A stretch of 64,000 nt of DNA from Rhynchopus sp. YZ270_cl-10. Taxonomy: Eukaryota. Numbering within the stretch: position 1 is the stretch's first letter; each line of letters begins with the position of its first letter. The DNA lies in contig OZ037842.1 of the NCBI GenBank assembly GCA_964035575.1, forward strand, positions 744,001-808,000, written 5' to 3'. The notes below the pieces were generated by a model. It was not told where the DNA came from, did no database searches, and saw only the letters and a list, made by a program, of their open reading frames with translations. The position numbers and the translations under genes are program-made. This document shows positions 40,910 to 52,974 of the stretch, in pieces.

Positions 40910-42369
40910 GCTGCTCTGTCCCTTTTGTAAAGGAAACACAGAAGGGAAAAAACCTGTGGGTTTGTTGGAGGGGGCGGGGGGAGAGAGGAGATCTGATTAG
41001 AGATTAGCTAAAAAAAAAACACCCAGAGGTTAACTCGACGAATGGATGCAAAAAATATTCTGTCTTGAGAACAGCAGGTTTAAACGGATCAAATCAAAAG
41101 GCGGTTATCTTTATCTAGACCCCCCACGCAGAGCTGCTCCACTAAAGTGGTTTCTAAGGGGGAGGGGGGAGGGGGGAGGGGAGGAGGGAGGAAATATGTA
41201 AAAAAGGGGGGGTTGGCTTTATTTGGTGTTATTGTAGAGCAATTCGTCACCGTGTTGTGTGTGTTGTGTTATAGTATTACAGAAAAGAAATTTCTTTTTG
41301 GTTTTATTTTTGGTAAAAAAAAATATCGTTCCTTTCCCCCCTCCCCACCCCGACGCTTCCCACAATCGCAATCTTCGAATATGCAAAAAAAAAAAAAAAA
41401 CAAAACAAAACAAATGCACTTTTTTCAGCGCATTTTTTGAAATTTTGGGAGGGGGGGAAAAAATGCTTGCAGTGTAAAGAAAGAACGAGAATAACAGACC
41501 CACACCAATTGGTAGGATTGGAGAGGGGAGAACGATGAGTCATTGTCCCGAAGGTGTTCCACTCCTCATTTCCACCTCAGAAACATCTGCCTTGAAACAT
41601 CTGAAACCTTTATTTTAGAATGCCGTGTACAGCTTTAGTCGCATAGACAGACCGTTCACCTAAATACCCACCCAGGCGGAACACTTAGGATCGTGTACTC
41701 AATGCTGGCCGAAGCCTTTTGTATGTTTTTTTTTTTGTTGTATCGACAATCACTGTACACCTACAGGTATAAAGATCTGTACTCAATGTCGACCGAAGCC
41801 TTACGGAAGGGGGGTTTTTTGTTGTATCGACAATCACCTACCGAGGTAGGATCTGTACACAATGTCGCCCTAAGGCTTTGTACTTAATCGGTATGGACGG
41901 AGGCCATCCTCAACCCTAGAAAGTAGCTTTTATTTGTTTTTTTTTAAGTTAGTACCAACCTGGGTAAAGGTACTCAACGTTGGCCGAGTGTTTCTTTAAA
42001 AATAAAAAAATGTGCTCTGTTTGTCGGAATGCTTTTGTTGTATCGACAATCGCCGAATAATCCCACCAGGTGGGAGAACTCGGTTTTTTTTTTCCCTTCG
42101 TGTATTATTGAAAGTGCCGAGAGCATCTCAGGTCAAACGGCGGTTCTTCGTCAAGCTGAGAGGAAAAAAAAAACATTGAGAATTTTAATACAATGGGTAA
42201 CAGTTGATAAGATGAACCTGAGCCTCATACTCAACCATCTTGATCTTTAATAATAGATATGACGTCCTTTACAAAAGCTTTTACAATACAGTTCGAGAGA
42301 TTGCCCCCCCCCAGAACTTTGTTAGGTAACTACCCCCCTCTAAAAACTATTAGCATATTTGCTTCATAC

Positions 42370-42600
42370 CTCGATGCCCAGCTCGTAGTCAGCCCTGACG
42401 TCGGCATAATAATGCGAGAGCGACCTTTCCATGCGGGGCTGCATTCTTTCGATAACGTCCTTGGGCAGCTGCACCTGCTCGGACAACCATAAGTTCGCTC
42501 GCTTCAGGGCGTGCTGTTCCGAGGGATATCGCTTCTTGTTAATCGTCAGCGTGCTTCTCACCAGCACCAAGCTAGAAAATCCTTCAATTTGTGTCGTCAT
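42370..42600 (-). CDS. Probable upstream coding exon of the 38903 gene
   Basis: GC-rich island preceded by T-tract+AG; ends in GAG|GTATGA (phase 0), matching the phase-0 AG acceptors at 40922 or 40916. Confidence 0.45.
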
Positions 42601-44300
42601 TTTTCTTTTTTCCTCTGTAAAAAAAAAACTGGTAGAAACAGATTTGGAAAATTGCAAATTGGAGTATGAAACTGACACTCCGTAGATGATGAAAACTATG
42701 TTATACAAAAGGGGGCAGGGTTGGGGAGAGACGTCTTGGTGTGGGTCTACTCGGGCGGGAGGAGGGGGGATGGGGGATGGGGGGTGTGGGTATTTTTTTT
42801 TTTTTGCATTGTAACTGCTTTTTGGTTTTGTTTTGGTTTTGTTGTGTGTATTTACACTTATACCCCTTGCGTACTACGCTGGAAAGGGTAGCGGTCCACG
42901 TGACTTTTTTTTTTGAAATCTGGTAGAGAAAAGAGAAAAAGCAAAATAATGAAAAACTTTGAAAGATGCATGTGCCTCTTCGTGCACGCACCTTGAGAAA
43001 CTGAGACAACAACAAAAAAAAGGGGGGAAGAAAAAAAAGAGAGAGAGAAAACTTGAAAGATGAATGTGCCTCTCATCCAGCCAACGGGCTGCCAAAAGAA
43101 GAAACTGTCGTTTGCTTTTTTTTTGCTGCTTCGACAATCGCCCACCGAGGTGGGCGCCTACATGGTTGGGTGGACACCCAACCATGCAGTCCTACATCCA
43201 TTTCGTGGTTTACATCTGATGAAAAAAAAGAAAAGTATTGAAAGACGAACAATTTACCCACCTCCCGCTCACCTGACTAACATTCCTTGTAAAAGGACCG
43301 CTTACTTTCATCCTTGGGCTAATTTCACATAATTAAGGGTAGGAGGGGAGGGAGTGGGCACCATCACAGACATCGACTGGACTCAAAAAAAATAAAGATA
43401 ACTTGGTGATGTATGTGCCTTTCGTGCACACACAAATCTCTAAAGAAAAGTTGGGGCCTAAACCTGTTAAGTCACCTCGAGCTTTTTCAGTGCAGATTTT
43501 TTTTTTTCTTTGAGATGAAATTACATCGCCCCAAGCCCGCAAAAATACTTTAGCCTGCAACGTTATTCCTTCACAGAGTTGACTCGCACGCTACAGCAGG
43601 TTGGCAGGCTTCAAAAAGACCCGCCGTGTTTCAGGTATTGCATTGACTAATAATGAAGTACGAAGCACGGTGTGTACCGTACTTTGGGGGACGGGGATGT
43701 TTCGTAGGGAGAAAGGGTGGGGGGCGCAGGGGGGTTTGTGGTGGGCGCTTGCTAGCAAGCGCGGGTGGTTCCTGAGAGTGGAGTATTGCTCAGTGGTGTG
43801 AGTGAGCGCGTGAGGACATAGGCCTGTGTAAATCAGTATGGTCACTCAGAGTCAGCAAAGGGGTCTTCCTCACGAATCATATTGCGCCTGCGCGTTGATG
43901 GTGGAATGAAAAGAAAAGTATATAAGATGATCCTAAGCTCTCGTGCTTAGTCACCTTGCAGAAGTAAAGCATCTAAACATGAGTATGCTCGTACATCTAA
44001 AAGGAAAGAGAAAACTTTATAAGATGAACCTAAGCCCCTTGATAAGAACCAAGGTGAAAATAAAGTTTAAAATATAAAATTTATGTGTAACTATTTCCTC
44101 AAGGCAAAATCCTACAGGAGAGGTGTAGAAAAATAAAGTTCCAGCGGTGGCTTTAGTAATCGTTAGCGATTCCCACCCATAATCTGCAGCGTGGGAATAG
44201 GGATCTCTGTTACCACGCTGCTGTAGAAAAAAGTTAGTAAAGTTAGAAAAAAAATGGGTAGACTTCCCGTTGAGCGGAGGCTAGGGCCACAACAGAAAAG

Positions 44301-44620
44301 CAGATGAAGGCAACCGCAGAAGCTGCTTTGGCACAAAGCCTTCCCAAGCAGTACGTCACGGATTGGGGACAGTTCTTCAAGTTCCACAACATGCGCGCAA
44401 ACAGAAAGCTACCACCAAGTCCAGCCTGATGTCAAGCACGCTGATGACAAAATGGGGCGGGCTGAAGAGAATGCTGGCCCACAAGTATGCAGGAGTCACC
44501 TTGCAGGACTACGACGAGATTCCCAAAATCGTCAGTGAGTACGGCTCATCAGAAACCGAAGCAAGCGTCGATCTTCACCGATCAGCAGATTCAGAAGCGG
44601 CTCAGAGGGTGCTCAAAAAA
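44301..44620 (+). pseudogene. Frameshifted N-terminal fragment of a Crypton-like tyrosine recombinase
   Basis: Across three frames: AEAALAQSLPKQYVTDWGQFFKF / SSTLMTKWGGLKRML...DYDEI / KPKQASIFTDQQI; matches my recollection of Crypton YR core-binding segments. Confidence 0.45.
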
Positions 44621-44646
44621 ATGTTAATAATAGCTCTTTCTTGTTA

Positions 44647-47286
44647 TCAAAACTGGGCTGATGTGCCAATAACATACCTGGACCCTACTCCTCTGACGGA
44701 GGAAGCTCTCTTTCCTGTCGAGTCACCGTTCGTGGAGATACGTCTGTACTCAGCCATCGTGCCCTCATCTGCACGGACTTGCGGGTGGTAGTTGATGGGC
44801 TCGATGAAGGTGCCGATAGTTGGGGCTGTGCCCATGTCTCCCGAAGGCTTTGGCACTTCCTCTACCGTCTCTTCGATGCCCATGGCCTTCTTGCGGTGCA
44901 GGATCACCTGCATGACAATGCGCTTCCAACGCTTCTTCGCCTCAGTGTCATCCATCCGTGGCTGCAGCGGCAGCATCCGTGTCGCCTTCTTCATCCTCTC
45001 AATGCCATCCAGATTGAGCTTAATGTCGTCCAGTCGCGACTTCGCTTGCTCCTCCACCTTGCGCTTCAGATCAGGGTAAAGCGACACCACGTGGTCAAAG
45101 CTCTCCTTCGTCAAGGTGTACATCACAGAGGTCGTCACCGCACGCACCGTCGCAGTGCGTCTGCAGTCCTCGCTCATCAGAGAGATCTCGCCAAAGAAAG
45201 AACCCCCCTTCAAGTTCGCCATCCACACCTCCGCCCCCTCCTCGTTGTAAGTGTAGATCTCCACAATGCCGTGCTCCAAAAAGAACATCTCTGACCCACT
45301 CTCGCCGTACTCAATAACATTCTCGTCTTGTGGATAAAACTCCGGGACAGTAACCTGCGCAACCGCAATCAAACAGTCTTCGCCCACTCCAAAGAAAATA
45401 GGGACCTTGCGGATGAGCTTCAACTTGACGTGGAGGCGGATTTGGTCCTGCAGGAAGCGGGGCAGCTCTTCGATGATGCTGTTGTAGTCGTGGCTGCTTG
45501 TCTCCAGCACGACGGGGTATACTGAGAGAGCGCTCTTTTGGATATTCCAAGGAATGTTGTTGTGGGTCATGAGGGCGTAGAGTTGACGCTTTTTGTCCTG
45601 CTCGGCGAGGATGAAGGGGTCCATCACTACCATCCATTGCGTGACCTTTGAGCTGAAGAACACGATGACGAGCACTCCAATCCACATCCAGGCTGACGCA
45701 AGCACTCGCGCACCGTTGGAGACACCACTGATATCGCCGTAGCCTGTGGACGACACTGTTGCACATGCCCAGTAAAGGGCGGCAATGTATTGGCGGAAGC
45801 GAGACTTCTCCATCTCTTCATCAGAGTCGAACCCTTGGTCTGCGTGTGTTCCTATGAAGAGCCACGAGCATGTCGCCAGGTGTAGTATAATTATACTCCA
45901 GAACATCGACACAACGACCTGTACCCACACTGGCTTGTCCTGCACAGGATTGCTCCGCTCCAGCAACCACGGCACTCTCACGAGAGGGAGCAGCCGCAAT
46001 GCCGTGCAGGCCTTGAACCCTGTGAAACTGAAGGCCGCGAAAACAACGTCCCACGGCAGGCATACGATCAAGTCGTAGCAGAACCACGTGCTGAGGTACT
46101 TCCTGCGAATGGCATGCACCTGGTCGGTGAGGATCCATCCCCGTAAAAAGGAGGTGCGGAAGTTTGTGTAAATCCAAAAGAGGTGAAACGGAAGCAAAAG
46201 CAGCACAATAATAACGTATGACACAGGCGTTTGCTGGTAATTGATGCTGATCATCCACGTCACGAAGAGTGTTTCAGACAGAATCGCTATCAACGAAAGC
46301 AGATCAGCCGTGATCTTGACGTAGCCATCGGGGAACAGCGATTCGTCGAGCTTTATTCGCTCCTTCATCGGGTTGCGCACTGCGTTTTTCTTCTTGTCTT
46401 TGTCGTCGCCTTTCTCCTTCTTCGTTGCGCACACACTCCCGTCGTCGGTGCTCTTCGCTTGTGTTTCCGGTAGTGACGTGACGTCATTGTTTTCCTCTGG
46501 TTGGGCTGCCTTGGTGTCGTTTGCTTGATCGTACTTCTTCTTTAAGCGTTCTGATGTGCCGCCTGTTTTCCGGTTTAGTTCTACAGGGTCGTCTGGCTGG
46601 TTTAGTGTGCACTCACCTTCGTCTGGGGGTGTGGCTGTGTCTGTGACTTTAGTTGCGGGTATTATGGACTTGGAGATCATTTCCCATCTTCGAGCGGAAG
46701 GGGTGTCGTCTACTGGAGACTCGGGTTCTATGTGACTTTGGGAGTCAGACGGACTCTTTTGGGGCTGCTGCTGCTGCTGTTGCTTTTGCGCGGCACGTGT
46801 ACGCGATTTAGTTGCAAGCATGACAGCTGGTATGGGGATTGAAGGCGGCTTCTTTGCGCCGTCGGTGGGAGGCATCGCCATGCCCATGCCACCTAGCTTG
46901 CAGAGGTGTTGTGTGAGACCTGCCTTGCGCCGCAGGTTCTCTATCCCGCCTTGTCGTTTGGCACGTTGCTGCTGTTGTTGCTGGTTGTTGCCCAGGAGTT
47001 GCTTGAACTTTGCTTGCGCATTGGTCATGCCCGCTTCGGTGCTGCGTTGGTGCTGCTTTTCAATCATATACAACCGGTCCATCACCTCCCCAAGACGTGC
47101 ATCGCTCCTCCGCTGTGCCTGCTTGATGTCCTGCACTGCATCTAAAATGCGCAAAATAGGGTCCTCCTCCTCCCTCCGGGTAGTCTCAATCGTATCACAG
47201 GTTGGCCGGAAATCTACATCACACTTGGCAGCCCGAAGTATATTCTTCGGGGAGGCTTTCGGGGAGCCCTTCGGCGAATACGACAT
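44647..47286 (-). CDS. Cyclic-nucleotide-binding-domain K+ channel, paralogue A
   Basis: 6 TM, pore ALYWACATVSSTGYGDI, C-linker, CNBD GSFFGEISL...RRTATVRA; first ATG at 47286. Confidence 0.92.
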   Translation of the reverse strand: MSYSPKGSPKASPKNILRAAKCDVDFRPTCDTIETTRREEEDPILRILDAVQDIKQAQRRSDARLGEVMDRLYMIEKQHQRSTEAGMTNAQAKFKQLLGNNQQQQQQRAKRQGGIENLRRKAGLTQHLCKLGGMGMAMPPTDGAKKPPSIPIPAVMLATKSRTRAAQKQQQQQQPQKSPSDSQSHIEPESPVDDTPSARRWEMISKSIIPATKVTDTATPPDEGECTLNQPDDPVELNRKTGGTSERLKKKYDQANDTKAAQPEENNDVTSLPETQAKSTDDGSVCATKKEKGDDKDKKKNAVRNPMKERIKLDESLFPDGYVKITADLLSLIAILSETLFVTWMISINYQQTPVSYVIIVLLLLPFHLFWIYTNFRTSFLRGWILTDQVHAIRRKYLSTWFCYDLIVCLPWDVVFAAFSFTGFKACTALRLLPLVRVPWLLERSNPVQDKPVWVQVVVSMFWSIIILHLATCSWLFIGTHADQGFDSDEEMEKSRFRQYIAALYWACATVSSTGYGDISGVSNGARVLASAWMWIGVLVIVFFSSKVTQWMVVMDPFILAEQDKKRQLYALMTHNNIPWNIQKSALSVYPVVLETSSHDYNSIIEELPRFLQDQIRLHVKLKLIRKVPIFFGVGEDCLIAVAQVTVPEFYPQDENVIEYGESGSEMFFLEHGIVEIYTYNEEGAEVWMANLKGGSFFGEISLMSEDCRRTATVRAVTTSVMYTLTKESFDHVVSLYPDLKRKVEEQAKSRLDDIKLNLDGIERMKKATRMLPLQPRMDDTEAKKRWKRIVMQVILHRKKAMGIEETVEEVPKPSGDMGTAPTIGTFIEPINYHPQVRADEGTMAEYRRISTNGDSTGKRASSVRGVGSRYVIGTSAQF

Positions 47287-47918
47287 ACTGCTTTGACCCG
47301 CCTTCACGTGGTGTCCCACATAGTTGGCAAGGGGAAATGCTCAAGGAACAAACAGTTAACCCCTTTTTTTTTTTTTGCTCCTGTTCGAAAAATAGTGATG
47401 GATGGGAGATAAGGACGAGAGAATGCCTCTGAATACACATCTGTCCTATGTGATTGAGAGGGACTCCGATGAAGGTCGTGGGCAATGCGACACGGGAGAG
47501 GGAGGAATGGCGAAATAGATAAAAAAGACATTTGTTTTTCACCGAATGTAAAATTAGTCAATAGCTCAAAAGCGCGCAAATAAGTTGGAGGAGGGAAAAC
47601 TACAGACGCACACCCTCGCGGAAAAGAGCAGTGTTACGTCTTAAAAAAAACACACATCTTTGAAAGATGATGGCGCCAAAATAAAACAAAAGACTCAAAT
47701 TGGTACTGGCCCCTCTGTACATCATGAAAACAAAAAAGTTGACTTGAAATACAAAGCCCTCTTATGACAGTGTACCTTGGTGCATGACCGGCTGTACCGG
47801 GGTGGACAAAAGGTTGGTGCGATGAACTTAAGTCTCGCCATGGTTAGTCTTTCGCACGCTTAGCCACCTTGAAATAAATTTTGTTAAGTGGAAGCTGATA
47901 AGCTCACACTATCCCAAT

Positions 47919-48662
47919 CAGTGTTTCCGCGCTGAAGAATCCGATGAAGAATTCTTCGAAAAAAAAAAAAATCCCAAAAAAAAAAAAAAATCCAATGAAG
48001 AATTCATTGGAAAAAAATAAAAATAAAAAAAAAAATCCCGGAAAAAAAAAAAAATACCCTACATAAGCCTCTGAGAGTGACCAGAACTGGCCTCATGAAC
48101 AAAGTGACCCCGTCACAGCCAGAACGCGACTCAATTGATCAAACGCCGAACGAAAAGGAAACATGCAGCATGGCGAAAGAAAAAAAAGTAGCGTACCGTG
48201 CGCCTGCGGCGCAAGCTTGCAACCCACGTTCCCATGACATAGTTTGGCTGTAAAAATGTGCAATTTTAAGCGCAATTTTTTGAAATGTTGCGTACCGTGG
48301 CTTCGCCAGGAGCCTTGATGCTATGCCCACCGTTTCTTTTTGTACACGTACTGAGGTAACTGATAATTCGTGTGTCTGGTGCAAATACCAATGAAGTTGA
48401 ACTCCTCAGTTGGATACCCGAGGAATTCTCTCATTCCGGGTCGGGCTCGACCGCGCCTTTTTATTTTTTTTTGGAATCTCAGGGACTGCGCTGGAACGCG
48501 TTTTTTGGGGCCAGAACTCTAGTTTCTCCGCCGGAGGCCCCCAACTTGCCGTGAACTCCCGGCGCGCGTAGCGCGCCGGGCTCGGGACGTATTTACCTTT
48601 TATGTACAAAATCACGATTCTTCATCAAAAATCGTACCCAATGAAGGAGCGCGGAAACACTG
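47919..48662. mobile_element. hAT-type MITE
   Basis: Perfect 15-bp TIR CAGTGTTTCCGCGCT; 8-bp TSD ATCCCAAT (47911-18, 48663-70). Confidence 0.9.
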
Positions 48663-49817
48663 ATCCCAATGAAGAAAAAAAAATTGAGTCTGTCAGTCAT
48701 ACTACCATGTATGTAGTACCCAGAGGAAAAAAGGGGGGCGACGATAGTATTAGGGAATTGGGGAGAGAAGGTAACTCTTTAAAATGAAAAGTTTATAAGA
48801 TGATCTTAAGCCTTTCGTGCTTAGCTATCTTGCACTTGAAGACACCTTTGTGCACAAACATATAATCGCGGAGGGTTGAAACCGACAGCGAGATTGGCTT
48901 CCAGGCAGCACGGACATCTTTTTTTTCTCCACACCGTTGTACAACACACTACAGGCAAGTATTTATTAGACGAATGGGACTCCGGCTCACGTACATCTCA
49001 AAGAAGCAGACAGCCTTTGTTGGAAAACATCGGGTCTTTGCCACCTCGAGTTGCTTAACTGCCTAACCCACCTTGAATAATCCCTTTCTCTTCACGGATT
49101 AATTTACTCCCTTTTCTGCCCCTGTGATTAGTGCATATTTGTTGTGTGTATAGGTGTAAAGCTATTGGTGCAGACAAAGAGATTGATAAGCTAAGATGAT
49201 CCCAGGCATCTCTGCTGAAGTCGTATCACAATCGTTATCATAGCAACATCAGCGAACCGGATTTGCACAAACAGGGGTTATCGAGGACAACATCATGGCC
49301 TCAGACAGAGTTTGTAATTGGGAAAAGAACGAAAAATTTAAAGATGAACCTGAACCTCAGGCTACAATAGGATCATCAGCAGTTTTTTTTACAAACAGAA
49401 AAACCTGGCATACCCTGTGTCGACGTGACTTAGCCTTTTGTAAGGATTAACGTTCGCATTGCCCGGTGCCTGTTGAGATAAAGGAATATGTGGAATATTC
49501 AACGGCAAGTTTCTGTAAACGCCAAGGCGGTCCCTTGAATACCAGGGATTCCCTCGATACAAGAAACTCGTGTTCAAAAATGGGCATCTTCAAATTTTAA
49601 AAATAGGAAAAAAAAAGTGACAACTGTGTGAACTCCATAGCATATTTTTTTCGTAATTTTTTTTTAAAATCGTCCACCTGATGTTTATGGGTAAAATCAT
49701 GGTGGATCGTTCCCAAAAAAAAAAAAAAAAAATAGTCTCGAAATGGTGATTTGAACAATCAGACGCTGAGGAACTTTTAGCTTGGTTTGGAAAACTTTTA
49801 GTAGGCCTCAGAACAAT

Positions 49818-52274
49818 TCAACAAACACATACGTGAGACCCTCGTCGAGATTCAGATATTCTGATCGCGTCGTCTCTGCCCAGGTCGCGGTCGTCTTCCA
49901 CCATGATGTGCGGGTGGTAGTTGATGGGCTCGATGAAGGTGCCGATCTTTGGTGCGGATACTTCGTCATCTTGGTGTATGGGTTCGGGGGAGGGTTCGGG
50001 ATCGTCTGCCTTCTTCCTGTCGAGCACGACCTGCATGACGATGCGCTTCCAGTGCTGCTTCGCGGGAGTGTCGTTTGGATGTGGTTGCAGCCGCAACAGA
50101 CGTGTCGCCTTCTTCATCCTCTCGATGCTCTTCAAGTTCAACTGAATGTCCTCCAGTCGTGACTTCGCCTCGCTCTGCACCTTGCGCTTCAGATCAGGGT
50201 AAAGTGACACCACGTGGTCAAAGCACTCCTTCGTGAGGGTGTACATAATGCACGTCGTCACCGCACGCACCGTCGCAGTGCGTCTGCAGTCCTCGCTCAT
50301 CAGAGAGATCTCGCCAAAGAAAGAACCCCCCTTCAAGTTCGCCATCCATATCTCCGCCCCCTCCTCGTTGTAAGTGTAGATCTCCACAATGCCGTGCTCC
50401 AAAAAGAACATCTCTGACCCACTCTCGCCGTACTCAATGACGTTTGAGTCGAGGTGATAAAACTCCGGGACAGTAACCTGCGCAACTGCAATCAAACAGT
50501 CTTCGCTGACTCCTTTGAAGATCGGGACCTTGCGGATGAGCTTCAACTTGACGTGGAGGCGGATTTGGTCCTGCAGGAAGCGGGGCAGCTCTTCGATGAT
50601 GCTGTTGTAGTCGTGGCTGCTTGTCTCCAGCACGACGGGGTATACTGAGAGGGCGCTCTTCTGGATTTTCCAGGGAATGCTGTTGTGGGTCATGAGGGCG
50701 TAGAGTTGACGCTTTTTGTCCTGCTCGGCGAGGATGAAGGGGTCGGCTACCACCATCCATTGCGTGACTTTGGCACCACCGTACACTATGACGAGCACTC
50801 CACTCCACATCCAGAAGCATGCTAACACACGCGCGGGTTTGCTTTGTGCGGAGATGTCACCGTACCCAGTGGACGAGATTGTTGCACATGCCCAGTAGAG
50901 CGCAGTGAGGTACTGCCGCAGACGCTGTACTTCGTACTCCCTTTCGGTGACAAAGCCTTGGTCATCGTGCGATGCAATGAGCAGCCACGAGCACGCCGCC
51001 ATATGCAATGTCGACACAGACCAGAAGAAGGTAAGAACGATCTGCACCCACACCGGCTTCTCCTGCACAGGGTTGCTCCTCCGCAGCAGCCACGGAACCC
51101 GCAGGATCTTCAAGAAACGCACCCCCGTGAACACCTTGAAAGCAACAAGGCTGACCTGCGAGAAGCAGACGTCCCATGGCAGCATCACCACGAGGTCAAA
51201 GACAAACCATTTCCGGAGGTACTCCGAACGGATTGTCTCAAATTGATCTGTGAGGATCCACCCGGTCAGGAAGGATGTTCGGAAGTTGGTGTAGATCCAG
51301 TAGCAGTGGATCGGGGTGAGCGCGATGACGGTGACGAGGTACCACACGGGGGCTGCGTCGTAGCGGATGGAGAACATCCAGGAGATGAAGAGGTACTCCA
51401 CAAAGGTGCTGAGGAGGGTGAGCACATCCGTCACGACCTTGTGGAGGCCGTCGGGGAAGAGCATGGTGTCGTCCTGGTTGCGCACCTTGAGAGGGTTGAG
51501 GACGCCGTGGCCCTTTTTCTTTTCCTCTTTCTCTTTGGGTTTTAGATGTACTTCTTTGACCGTCTTTCTAGAGACAATCGTGTCGGCACGCTTTATCTTC
51601 GCCTCCGAATCGCTCAACGCTGCGGAAGTGCTGCGTGGGGGTGGACGTACGATTGACCGTTCCATCCCCGACACACCCAACTCGTTGTCCTGCAGCTTGA
51701 GATCCTCTTCGGGGGGCGAATAGAGGGAGGACTCTCCCAGGTCCAACTCATGGAGAGAGTCAGGCGGCGACTCTGGTTGGAGCTGCAACACCACAGCAGG
51801 GACCGGGATGTTTGGTGCCTTCTTCTTCTCGTCCGACTTCGCGAGAATGCCCTTTGTCAATGCCGCAGTACGCCGCCAGTTGTCCACCCCAGCACGCGCC
51901 TTCAGAACACCACGCCCCTTGCTTAAGAGATCCTGAAACTTCAGCTTCGGTTTCCCATGTGAATCGTGTTTGTCTATTTCTAGCATGCTAACAATATTGT
52001 TCAAAGTACATCGCATGTCACGCATCTCCTCAAGCAGGCGTTTGTTTGATGTGTCCTCTCCCTGTGCTGCACTAATAAAACCTGCCATGTGCATCTTAGG
52101 TGACGCAGGTGGACTGTCCGGGGCAAACATCTTCGCACGAGCCCAGTCACATCCCGGTGCATCCAGCCTTGAGGACTGCGACGACGGCGAGTGCGCCTCC
52201 GATGCTGTGCTCTCGCTATGAGCCTCGTGCACCACAACAGTTGCCTTCGGGGATGAGGTACCAGAGTCGGACAT
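49818..52274 (-). CDS. Cyclic-nucleotide-binding-domain K+ channel, paralogue B
   Basis: Pore ATISSTGYGDI and CNBD as in paralogue A. Confidence 0.92.
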   Translation of the reverse strand: MSDSGTSSPKATVVVHEAHSESTASEAHSPSSQSSRLDAPGCDWARAKMFAPDSPPASPKMHMAGFISAAQGEDTSNKRLLEEMRDMRCTLNNIVSMLEIDKHDSHGKPKLKFQDLLSKGRGVLKARAGVDNWRRTAALTKGILAKSDEKKKAPNIPVPAVVLQLQPESPPDSLHELDLGESSLYSPPEEDLKLQDNELGVSGMERSIVRPPPRSTSAALSDSEAKIKRADTIVSRKTVKEVHLKPKEKEEKKKGHGVLNPLKVRNQDDTMLFPDGLHKVVTDVLTLLSTFVEYLFISWMFSIRYDAAPVWYLVTVIALTPIHCYWIYTNFRTSFLTGWILTDQFETIRSEYLRKWFVFDLVVMLPWDVCFSQVSLVAFKVFTGVRFLKILRVPWLLRRSNPVQEKPVWVQIVLTFFWSVSTLHMAACSWLLIASHDDQGFVTEREYEVQRLRQYLTALYWACATISSTGYGDISAQSKPARVLACFWMWSGVLVIVYGGAKVTQWMVVADPFILAEQDKKRQLYALMTHNSIPWKIQKSALSVYPVVLETSSHDYNSIIEELPRFLQDQIRLHVKLKLIRKVPIFKGVSEDCLIAVAQVTVPEFYHLDSNVIEYGESGSEMFFLEHGIVEIYTYNEEGAEIWMANLKGGSFFGEISLMSEDCRRTATVRAVTTCIMYTLTKECFDHVVSLYPDLKRKVQSEAKSRLEDIQLNLKSIERMKKATRLLRLQPHPNDTPAKQHWKRIVMQVVLDRKKADDPEPSPEPIHQDDEVSAPKIGTFIEPINYHPHIMVEDDRDLGRDDAIRISESRRGSHVCVC

Positions 52275-52974
52275 GTCAAGCTCAAAAATTGTAGCGGATT
52301 AAAAAAGAAGAGAAAGAGGAAAAAATCGATGCTATGTGTGAGACAGCATGCTTCAGTTCAAAGAAAACGTTGCAGAAAAGGTGTATGAAGAGAGAGGGGT
52401 TATACGTCTGTGGAGGGGTAGATGGGAAAAGAGGAAGTGAGGGGGGAAGGGAGTGTTGGTTTAATACAGCACCCCAAAAGCTTAGTACAGGTTTAGTACA
52501 CTTTAGGGGTGTACGTACAGTTTGCAGCGGAAAGGGAGCATGTAGGAGGCGAAGCCTCCCCGGCGATAAATCTGGTTTTGAACTCATCGTGCAACAGTAA
52601 AGCAAAACAAGTAAAGCTTTGTGCTTCCTTAACTCGAGGACCTCCAAGGCCGCATCTATGGCATCAATCGTGCATGAGGTGCGCGTCACACATTTTTTTC
52701 AGGGTTGCGTGTTTCCCTTTTCTTCCACCAGGCACTTGCCTGTTTTAAACACCCTACACCAAACCATGCCAACACTGGGGGAAGGGAAGGGTAGGGTATA
52801 AAAAAATGTGCATTTTCTTTTCTTTTTTTTTTTGGAGACGCTTGGCCCCATTCCCCCCTCCCCTCCAAATAAAAATAGCCTGTTAAACAAAAGAGACCGA
52901 GAACTGTACTAAGGACTACAAAAGAAAGGTTTATAAGATGAACCTAAGCCTCTCTCGTGCTTAGTCATCCTATT

